A DNA stretch of 42,465 bases from an uncultured Methanosarcinales archaeon (lineage in GTDB: Archaea > Nanobdellota > Nanobdellia > Woesearchaeales > CAZPJY01): NCBI GenBank assembly GCA_964587045.1, contig CAZPJY010000016.1, forward strand, positions 1 through 42,465, given 5' to 3'. Under the pieces are notes generated by a model that was given only the letters and a program-made list of their open reading frames with translations, ran no database searches and was not told the origin of the DNA. Shown here piece after piece: positions 17,140 through 24,367 of this stretch (the stretch's first letter is position 1; every line of letters begins with the position of its first letter). A program made the position numbers and the translations under genes.

Positions 17140-18309
17140 CTACCTCCATCTGGGCCGTTCGTTTATCAGCACGACCTTGGTCTCGTTGTCCTTGAACCTG
17201 CCCTTTGCCATCCTGTAATGGCCCCTCGGGAATTTGGATTGGTCCATGATACGATCGAAAGCATCCCGCACAGCTGTCTGTGTCCATTTCTTCCCGTACC
17301 CATAGGCTCCCTCAAGGATCCCGGCGAAATGGTCGAACACGTACTCTCCGACATACTGATCATAAACCAGGCTGTATGAGACCTCAGGATCGCATTCCTT
17401 GCCCATGATGTGCTTGTCGAAACGTTTGCCAATCCTGGGTTCGACGTACATGCTCTGGAAATCGCGGTGCACCATCCTTTTGATGTTGAAACTCTTGTCC
17501 ATCTCAACCAGCACGTTCTGTCCATGAGGCTCGAGGAGTAGCCCTTTCTCTATGAAGTAGCCCATGTTGGTAAGGAGTGGAGTGACTATCTCGTTTACGA
17601 AATAGTCAATCGGTTTTCGTCTGTGCAGCTTTACAAGCTGCTCAAAGAGTGTGGGGTCATCAGGGTTCTTGAAGTCCTTTCCGTAAAGGGAAAACAAGGG
17701 GGCCATTATCCGATTATCTCCAAGCGGAAAAGGCTTTGCTTCCCGAACGAGCATTCCAATATCATCATAGGTCAGGCCGACCGACTCTGGTAGGAATGCG
17801 AAACTCTCCGGCGCGCGACCGTTTGCAACCTCCCGGTGCAGCACATCACTAATCCTTATGCTGTGTTCCACCGAATCCCTGCGCAGCCTCCTGATGAACT
17901 TCGAGAGCCTAATATTGAGATGCAGCTTCAGATAGTATCCTGGAAAATCAGCAGGCATCACAGTCCTGGCTGATGCAGTCGGGAAGGCCTCAATGTACCC
18001 CTCCGGTTTCTTTCCAATTATCTTACTGACCTCATCCTCCATCTGAGGGTGGGCATAGAACCTAGCGAGATATCGGCCTGGAACTCTTTTAATACGCAGG
18101 GCCGAGATTGCCTTGTTTGACGCTATCCCAAAACGAAGCTCCACGTCAGGGTTCTGGGAATCCAAAATGTAGTAAGGCACCTTTATCCGCTCATCACCAA
18201 GAACAGGGTCATATCTACAATCAATCTCGTTGAATCGCTTCTTGAAGGTATTAACCCACCTCTCACAGCAAATCAGGCTTCTTTGGTAGACGAGGTCTTC
18301 TAATTTCAT
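17140..18309 (-). CDS. IucA/IucC (NRPS-independent siderophore synthetase-like) family protein, short form (389 aa)
   Basis: HPQ, PTASARTV, YLKLHL.I..S...R, LLEPHGQNVLV and RDFQ motifs; start placed at MKLEDL because the upstream extension is AT-rich promoter sequence. Confidence 0.8.
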   Translation of the reverse strand: MKLEDLVYQRSLICCERWVNTFKKRFNEIDCRYDPVLGDERIKVPYYILDSQNPDVELRFGIASNKAISALRIKRVPGRYLARFYAHPQMEDEVSKIIGKKPEGYIEAFPTASARTVMPADFPGYYLKLHLNIRLSKFIRRLRRDSVEHSIRISDVLHREVANGRAPESFAFLPESVGLTYDDIGMLVREAKPFPLGDNRIMAPLFSLYGKDFKNPDDPTLFEQLVKLHRRKPIDYFVNEIVTPLLTNMGYFIEKGLLLEPHGQNVLVEMDKSFNIKRMVHRDFQSMYVEPRIGKRFDKHIMGKECDPEVSYSLVYDQYVGEYVFDHFAGILEGAYGYGKKWTQTAVRDAFDRIMDQSKFPRGHYRMAKGRFKDNETKVVLINERPRWR

Positions 18310-18404
18310 GAGTTGGTAAAAGTATACCCAAAATATTATATATTTGATAAAAAAATACAATTTATTCGTAAAATATTTAAATATATTAAGAAAAAGATTA
18401 TATT

Positions 18405-19412
18405 ATGCGTTTCACACCCCAGATACAGCCCTCCTCACGGGTGAAATTGGACGTCAAGGACCGCAAGATCCTTTCAATTCTGGCCAGAAACGCACGTATG
18501 CCAGCCGCAGCCATCGCCCGTGAGGTAGGCTTATCCAAGGATACCGTGAATTACCGGATCAAGGCCTACGAAAAGAAGGGGCTCATCCAGGGGTACAGGG
18601 CAGTCATCAATATAGAGCGTTTCGGCCTCTCCAACTACCATCTCTTCCTCACCCTGTCCAAGCCCCTACCTGATGAGGGTAAGACGCTCGCGCAGAAACT
18701 GGCGACCTTGAGCTACATCAGGACAGTCATTCAGTACACCGGCGCCTTCGACTTCGAACTGGCAGTGGTGGCAGCCGACGTGATGGAGCTGGAAGTCATC
18801 ATCGCAGAGGTGGGAAAGGTATGCGGAAAGCTCTTGGAGAGAGTTGAGGTCCTCGCCGTGACAGAAGAGATGCGTACAGGCCCATTCCCTGACGATTTCC
18901 TCAAGGCAGGCGAACCTGAAGCCATCAGTCCCAAGAAGATCACCGAATACTCCCTCGACGGAAAGGATTTCGCAATCCTGAGGCACCTCGCGGGCAACGC
19001 CAGAAAGACCCTTCTCGCGATAGCCGGCGAGACCGGCTACTCGATCGACATGGTTAGGTACAGGATAGAGCGCATGCAGAAGGGAGGATACCTGCGCGCC
19101 TTCGTACCTGCTCTGAACTACCAGATGATGGGCTACAACATTTACTGCATCCTGATCACGATACGAGGGCTTGATGAGTTCGCCAAGCTAAGGGAAGCCT
19201 TCAGGAGCGATCCCCATACCATGTGGGCAGTGAGGTGCGTTGGCAGCTTCCACGCGATAGCCTACGTGGCCGCATCTGATGTGTCCTGCATCCACGAGAC
19301 CGCTTCTAGGCTAGCTCAGGCCTTCCCTGATAGGATAATCAGGCATGAGATGCTAATCGCCAAAGAGCAGTTCAGCTATATCTATCTCCCGGACAGGCTC
19401 TTCAACCATTAA
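18405..19412 (+). CDS. Tandem (two-unit) Lrp/AsnC-family transcriptional regulator
   Basis: Two copies of LD.KD..IL..LA.NAR.....IA...G.S...V.YRI, each followed by a RAM-like domain; divergent from the IucA-like gene. Confidence 0.92.
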   Translation: MRFTPQIQPSSRVKLDVKDRKILSILARNARMPAAAIAREVGLSKDTVNYRIKAYEKKGLIQGYRAVINIERFGLSNYHLFLTLSKPLPDEGKTLAQKLATLSYIRTVIQYTGAFDFELAVVAADVMELEVIIAEVGKVCGKLLERVEVLAVTEEMRTGPFPDDFLKAGEPEAISPKKITEYSLDGKDFAILRHLAGNARKTLLAIAGETGYSIDMVRYRIERMQKGGYLRAFVPALNYQMMGYNIYCILITIRGLDEFAKLREAFRSDPHTMWAVRCVGSFHAIAYVAASDVSCIHETASRLAQAFPDRIIRHEMLIAKEQFSYIYLPDRLFNH

Positions 19413-19444
19413 GTATTTAAATGAATCTGGCTTCCCCTAAACGC

Positions 19445-19621
19445 ATGGCACGCCAGAACAAGATACAGATGCCCCAGGGCATGGGAGGCCTCGTCAGGTA
19501 TTTCGACGAGTACCGGAGCAAGATTGAGTTCAAGCCCGGCCACGTCATAATCCTCGCAATACTGATAATGATTGTAGTACTCATTCTTCACGCATATGGT
19601 AACATTTGGTTGGGGTTGTAA
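19445..19621 (+). CDS. secG: Preprotein translocase subunit Sec61beta
   Basis: GGLVRYFDE..SKI...P.HV followed by one TM; TTTAAA box upstream. Confidence 0.9.
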   Translation: MARQNKIQMPQGMGGLVRYFDEYRSKIEFKPGHVIILAILIMIVVLILHAYGNIWLGL

Positions 19622-19624
19622 ACG

Positions 19625-19969
19625 ATGCTTCCGGGCAACATCAATCCGAGGCAGATGCGCCAGGCAATGAAGCGCATGGGCATCCAGCAGCAGGACATAG
19701 ACGCTGAAGAGGTCATCATCAGGCTCGCGGACCGGGATATAGTGATCAGTAATCCCCAGGTGGCCAAGGTCAACATGATGGGGCAGGAGACCTATCAGGT
19801 GGTCGGGACCGCTCAGGAGAGGCCCAAGGACTCGACACCCGACATCTCGGATGACGACGTCAAGACCGTGATGGAACAGGCCGAAGTCACGGAGGACGAA
19901 GCCAGGAAGGCCATAGCTGATGCGAAAGGCGACCTGGCAGAGGCTATCTTGGGATTAAAGAAAGATTAA
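19625..19969 (+). CDS. nac: Archaeal nascent polypeptide-associated complex protein
   Basis: NPRQM...MKRMGI, AEEVII, P.V....MGQ.TYQV.G, C-terminal UBA-like GDLAEAI. Confidence 0.95.
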   Translation: MLPGNINPRQMRQAMKRMGIQQQDIDAEEVIIRLADRDIVISNPQVAKVNMMGQETYQVVGTAQERPKDSTPDISDDDVKTVMEQAEVTEDEARKAIADAKGDLAEAILGLKKD

Positions 19970-19996
19970 TATAATATCTTCCCCTCCTTACCCTCG

Positions 19997-20482
19997 ATGG
20001 AAAAGTTCCAGGAAGCCATCCAGAAGGCCAAGCGGAACGTCAAGATTGCGGATCACATGATCACGATGACATACCCGCTCGTGAACGATCCGAAGCTGCT
20101 CCTCGCTGTCATGGAAAACACCTTCCTTGCGTTGACCCAATCGGTAGGGGCGCTTCTCCACTACGAGCGCTTATTCAAACGCGTGCCGCCGTTCCATGAT
20201 ACTTACGAGGCCAAATACGCGCTTTTCCGCGAGAAAGCCGCCGCCAGGTACGGCATCGACAAGAAGTACCTGACGCTCATGAGCGACATCAAGTCGATAA
20301 TAGTGGAGCACAAGAACAGCCCGATCGAGTTCGCCCGTAAGGACGTGTTCGTGATTTGCTCCGACAACTACCGAATCAAATCGATATCGGTGGAGGATAT
20401 GAAGCGCTACATAGCTCAGACCAAGGAGTTCGTGGCGCTCATTGATGGAATAGTGAGCAAGGATGATAGACTATTTAGATGA
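19997..20482 (+). CDS. Hypothetical helical protein (161 aa), HEPN-like pattern
   Basis: Genome-like codon use; aligns by eye with the next gene. Confidence 0.75.
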   Translation: MEKFQEAIQKAKRNVKIADHMITMTYPLVNDPKLLLAVMENTFLALTQSVGALLHYERLFKRVPPFHDTYEAKYALFREKAAARYGIDKKYLTLMSDIKSIIVEHKNSPIEFARKDVFVICSDNYRIKSISVEDMKRYIAQTKEFVALIDGIVSKDDRLFR

Positions 20483-20948
20483 GCTTGGGGAAAAGAGCGC
20501 AATCGATCAGGGGTTCGAGGAGCTCAAGAGGGTGGATCACCTCATCTTCGTGAGCCTCAAGTACACGCGCACCGTCGATGTCATAAAGAGCGTCTTAGAC
20601 CGGATGATACTCGCCTTCGACTCTGCCATAGCCGCACTTCTCAACCAAAAGAAGCAGGAGGATCCTGAACTGGATATCCCGACCACGCCGATAAAGCGCG
20701 GCGAGTTGGTGAAGAGCATGTACACCCAACAAATCATCCAGGATGGCATGGAGCTGTACTTACTCCTCCGGAAGATCGCAAGAGCTGAATACCAGCGCGA
20801 GAGCGAGTACCGCAGGCACGTCACCATGAAGGTCATAATCGAAGGTGAGGAAATCAATGTCGATATCGACAAGACTGTAGAGCTCTACGAGCAGATCAAG
20901 GAATTCATGAGTTTCGTTTCCAAGATGCTGAAGGGAGGAGGAGAATGA
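20463..20948 (+). CDS. Hypothetical helical protein (161 aa), apparent distant paralog of the upstream gene
   Basis: Overlaps both neighbours; DH(M/L)I, ALL and KEF motifs shared with the upstream ORF. Confidence 0.75.
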   Translation: MIDYLDELGEKSAIDQGFEELKRVDHLIFVSLKYTRTVDVIKSVLDRMILAFDSAIAALLNQKKQEDPELDIPTTPIKRGELVKSMYTQQIIQDGMELYLLLRKIARAEYQRESEYRRHVTMKVIIEGEEINVDIDKTVELYEQIKEFMSFVSKMLKGGGE

Positions 20949-21727
20949 CCCGCTTCGTTTCTATCGCCTCTTCGAAAGGCGGCTCGGGCAAGACCACCGC
21001 AGCCCTCAATCTCGGGGTCGCCCTGGTCAACATGGGCAAGCAGGTCGTGGTAATCGACACCAACCTCCACGCACCGCATATCGGCGTCCACCTGGGATCT
21101 GTCACGCCCCCATCGACCTTGAACCAGGTCCTAAAGGGCGAGAAGCAGCTGGGCAAAGCCACCTTCAGACACCCTTCCGGTCTTGCGGTAGTGCCGGCAA
21201 GCATATCATACATCGATGCACGTGAAGCTGACGCCTCCAGGCTGAAGGACACCATCCGCAGCCTTGAGGGTCATGCCGAGATAGTCCTTATCGATACGTC
21301 CGCGGGCCTGGGCGACGTCGCACGCGCCGCCATCGGATCTGCAGACGAGACCATCATCGTCACCACGCCGGAGCTACCGGCGATCGCAGACGCGCTGCGC
21401 ACCATCAAGCTGGCCCAGGAGAACGGAGTAACCGTCCTCGGGGTCATCCTCAACCGGGTGAAGGGTGATAGCCTGGAGGTCGCGAAGGAAAACGTCGAGC
21501 AGCTCCTCGACAAGCCGGTAATAGCTGTGATACCTGAGGACAACCATGTAAGGAAGTCCCTTCGCATGAGGCATCCGGTGGTGTACACCCACCCTAACTC
21601 GCCGGCATCCACCGGGTTCAAGCAGCTCGCCGCACACCTCCTGGGAAAGAGCTACATCGCCACGCTTGAGAGGAGAGAGAAGAGTAGCATGTTCCATTAT
21701 ATGCTCAAGCGACTGGGTTTAAGATGA
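20945..21727 (+). CDS. minD: MinD-family ATPase
   Basis: Deviant Walker A KGGSGKTT, IDTSAGLG, VTTPE, GVILNRV, IPED..V; basic amphipathic C-terminus (MLKRLGLR). Confidence 0.9.
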   Translation: MTRFVSIASSKGGSGKTTAALNLGVALVNMGKQVVVIDTNLHAPHIGVHLGSVTPPSTLNQVLKGEKQLGKATFRHPSGLAVVPASISYIDAREADASRLKDTIRSLEGHAEIVLIDTSAGLGDVARAAIGSADETIIVTTPELPAIADALRTIKLAQENGVTVLGVILNRVKGDSLEVAKENVEQLLDKPVIAVIPEDNHVRKSLRMRHPVVYTHPNSPASTGFKQLAAHLLGKSYIATLERREKSSMFHYMLKRLGLR

Positions 21728-22239
21728 CACTTGAATCAAGGCTGAGGGAAAAGGGCTGGTCGGATGAAGAGATAGAACGTACCCTTTCTATCCTCAAGAG
21801 GGCCGAGGTTAACAAGCCCAAGCAGATGATGTTCCTCGACAAGGTGGTCTTCTGGTTCGGGCTCTTCCTCGCGATGCTGGGGAATTTCTTCGTCGCCGTC
21901 GCCTTGATACCTATATTCCTCGCAGTGGGGAGCCCCCAGCTCTACGCAGTGCTCGCAGTGGTCGGGCTGGCCTTCGGCTCCCTTTTCGAGATACTCCTCA
22001 GGGACATCCACCGCTTAAGCGAGCACGACCAGATCATGTCGGGCGTCTTCATGGCAGCCATCGCGATAATATCGATCTACATCATGGTGAGGATTGCAAT
22101 GCACATCGAAGGTGCGCTGGGCCTCGACACCATGCTGCTGCATCCTGTGCCTGTAAGCGCTGTCTACTTAGTATCATTCATGGCTCCATATGTGATATTC
22201 AAGCTGTTAGAACGCAGGGTGAAGAGACATCATCAATGA
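21724..22239 (+). CDS. Hypothetical membrane protein (about 4 TM)
   Basis: N-terminal L.EKGWS.EEI motif, four hydrophobic segments; ATGA overlap with minD. Confidence 0.8.
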   Translation: MTLESRLREKGWSDEEIERTLSILKRAEVNKPKQMMFLDKVVFWFGLFLAMLGNFFVAVALIPIFLAVGSPQLYAVLAVVGLAFGSLFEILLRDIHRLSEHDQIMSGVFMAAIAIISIYIMVRIAMHIEGALGLDTMLLHPVPVSAVYLVSFMAPYVIFKLLERRVKRHHQ

Positions 22240-22255
22240 CTGGATAATCCGATAC

Positions 22256-22657
22256 GTGAAACACAGAGACCTGGTCGCAAGGAAGATTGTTTCGGTAGAG
22301 GAAGAAGAGGGCGGAGTCCTCGTCACCTACAAGGACAAGAAGGTCCTCTTCGTCCCTGCCCTAACTCTTGACGACCCATCAGCCCTCACAGCAGGCAAGG
22401 AAGCCAAGACTATCGTGACCCTTAACAACGAAGGAAACGTAGCGTTTCTCCTCAAGCACTGGAAAGAAGCCTCTTCCCAGCCAAACCTCACCATCATGTT
22501 CATCAACCCCTTCTCCTCCGGCGACACCAAGTGGGTCATATGCCCCCATATCCACAGCAAGATTGCCGACCCTTCATCCCTGAAGCTAGGCCTCGAAAGC
22601 ATGTCGGAGCTGGTTGACCCTATCGATGAGAAGACTTTCCTATCGAAAAATTTTTAA
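22256..22657 (+). CDS. Hypothetical protein
   Basis: Open 133-aa frame with genome-like codon use (F.NP.S..KW.I.P..H..I); GTG start uncertain. Confidence 0.7.
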   Translation: MKHRDLVARKIVSVEEEEGGVLVTYKDKKVLFVPALTLDDPSALTAGKEAKTIVTLNNEGNVAFLLKHWKEASSQPNLTIMFINPFSSGDTKWVICPHIHSKIADPSSLKLGLESMSELVDPIDEKTFLSKNF

Positions 22658-22682
22658 AATTCACATCACCGGGAATCTCAAA

Positions 22683-22791
22683 GGCTGCGGGAGTACAGCA
22701 TATTGCATAACAACGAGTCCAAAAAAACAAAAAGACGCGTCATGCGTCGCTACCACTCGTGCCTTATCAATATGTACAATCCCCGCAGCCA
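22683..22791 (+). ncRNA. Candidate structured RNA (rod-like hairpin) or 5' leader upstream of queH
   Basis: Nested complementary segments GGCTGCGGG/CCCGCAGCC, CATATTG/CAATATG, ATAA/TTAT, ACGAGT/ACTCGT, GACGCG/TGCGTC; TTTTTAAAA box at 22651-22659; T-rich run after the 3' end. Confidence 0.6.
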
Positions 22792-22803
22792 CTTTTCTTC
22801 AAG

Positions 22804-23343
22804 ATGAGACTGCTACTCCACGTCTGCTGCGGACCCTGCTCGACCCAGGTCATCGAGGAGCTGAAGAAGACGCATGACCTGACCTTGTACTTCTACGACC
22901 CCAACATTCAGCCCAGAGAAGAGTACGAACGCAGGCTCGAAGCAGCGATGAAGGTCGCTGAGGTCAAGGGAATCCCCCTGATCATAGGAAGCTATGATGA
23001 GCCGGAATGGAGAGAAGCGGTGAAAGGGCTTGAGGACGAGCCGGAGAATGGGAAGCGTTGCCACGTATGCTACGAGTTCAGGCTCATGGAAGCTGCTAGG
23101 ATGTGCAGAGAGCTACACTGTGATGCATTCACGACGACGCTCACCATCAGCCCGTACAAGGACGCTGCTGTCATTAACAGGATTGGCGAGAAGGCAGCAC
23201 AGGCCTTTGGGGTGGGTTTTCTCGCATCCAACTTCAAAAAGAAGGACGGCTTCCTCAAGAGCACCAAAATGTCCGCGGAGCTGGGAATATACAGGCAGCA
23301 CTACTGCGGGTGCCAAAGCAGCATCGCATCCCCAAAGGAGTAG
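22804..23343 (+). CDS. queH: Epoxyqueuosine reductase QueH
   Basis: LLLHVCCGPC, PNIQP.EEY..R, PE.G.RC..CY..RL, FTTTL..SP.K, YRQ.YCGC; start set at ATG 22804. Confidence 0.95.
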   Translation: MRLLLHVCCGPCSTQVIEELKKTHDLTLYFYDPNIQPREEYERRLEAAMKVAEVKGIPLIIGSYDEPEWREAVKGLEDEPENGKRCHVCYEFRLMEAARMCRELHCDAFTTTLTISPYKDAAVINRIGEKAAQAFGVGFLASNFKKKDGFLKSTKMSAELGIYRQHYCGCQSSIASPKE

Positions 23344-24293
23344 AACCTGTACCCCATCCTCACTGCCTCTGCGTAGGCGCGCATGACATTACCCTTCCCG
23401 GCGAAGGCCGACACCATCAGGAGCAGGCTGCTCTTCGGCAGGTGGAAGTTGGTTATCATAGCGTCGGCCGGCGTCCTGTACCTGTGGCCCGGATAGATGA
23501 ATATCGATGTCTCTGCGCTTTTCGGTCTCAAGCCGCCCTTCCACTCGCAGGACTCGAGAGCCCGCATGGTAGTGGTCCCGCACACGAACAGCCTGCCTTT
23601 CCTGCCGTTGATGGCCTCTGCAGTTTCTGGGCTGACTGAGAACCTCTCCGGGTGCATGCTGTGCTGCGTGTAGTCCTCCTTTCGGATGGGGAGGAAGGTC
23701 GAAAAGCTCACATGAAGGGTTACGTTTGTTATGGTAACACCTTTCCTGGCTATCCTCCGCAGCAGGTTGGGCGTGAAGTGCAGTCCAGCTGTTGGGGCAG
23801 CCAGGCTTCCACTGTCCCTTGCGAACACGGTCTGGTAGCTGCTCTGGTTCCTGAGGCGCTTTGTGACATACCACGGGGTGGGCATCTCCCCGGCGTCCGT
23901 CATGTCCTTTTCATTGCCGAACCTTACGAAGTACCGGTCATCAACCTTGTCCGTGACCTCACACCTGGACCCATTGAACAACAGCTCGTTGCCCGGCTTG
24001 ACCCTGCCTCCCCTGATCCTCGCCTCGTACACATCGCCATCGCGCGCGGTGAGAATCATGTCGACCCTGGCTCCTGTCGACTTCCTGCCCCGGAACCTGG
24101 CCCTGAGGACCTTTGTGCTGTTTAGGACCAGGACGTCACCATTCCTCAGCCTTTCGGCAATCTGGTAGAACCGGCAATGGGCAATCCTCTCCCCTTTCAC
24201 CTCCATGAGCCGGGAAAAGCTTCTCGGCGTCACTGGGGTCTGCGCTATGAGCTCCTTGGGGAGGTCATAATCGTATTGTGATAGCCTATGCAT
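23301..24293 (-). CDS. queA: S-adenosylmethionine:tRNA ribosyltransferase-isomerase
   Basis: YDLP.ELIAQ.P, YQTVFA, GS.AAPTAGLHFT, TLHV, GTT..RALES, TNFHLPKSSLL, YRFYSFGDAM. Confidence 0.97.
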   Translation of the reverse strand: MHRLSQYDYDLPKELIAQTPVTPRSFSRLMEVKGERIAHCRFYQIAERLRNGDVLVLNSTKVLRARFRGRKSTGARVDMILTARDGDVYEARIRGGRVKPGNELLFNGSRCEVTDKVDDRYFVRFGNEKDMTDAGEMPTPWYVTKRLRNQSSYQTVFARDSGSLAAPTAGLHFTPNLLRRIARKGVTITNVTLHVSFSTFLPIRKEDYTQHSMHPERFSVSPETAEAINGRKGRLFVCGTTTMRALESCEWKGGLRPKSAETSIFIYPGHRYRTPADAMITNFHLPKSSLLLMVSAFAGKGNVMRAYAEAVRMGYRFYSFGDAMLLWHPQ

Positions 24294-24367
24294 AAATGCT
24301 AGGTTGCTGAGCCCAAATATATTTGTTGGGAAAAAGGCTTAAATAAAAGGTCGGAATTGCCTGGCTG

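Noticed and set aside
17135..17287. Longer 128-aa start for the small islet gene
   Set aside because: Overlaps the IucA-like CDS out of frame; a good RBS supports ATG 17134
16291..19437. att-site duplication bounding the islet (GCTTCCC at the rnpB 3' end and near 19430)
   Set aside because: Only 7 bp and no integrase, so compatible with chance
22683..22791. Canonical preQ1-I riboswitch, 5S rRNA, SRP RNA, Y RNA or tRNA identity for the hairpin
   Set aside because: No short P1 stem-loop ahead of the A-tract, no three-way 5S junction, no SRP helix-8 GNRA/symmetric loop, no Ro-binding GGUCCGA, no T-loop
22759..22803. N-terminal extension of QueH from GTG 22759, and ORF 22614-22877
   Set aside because: QueH homologs begin near LLLH.CC.PC; the extension runs through the 3' arm of the hairpin element
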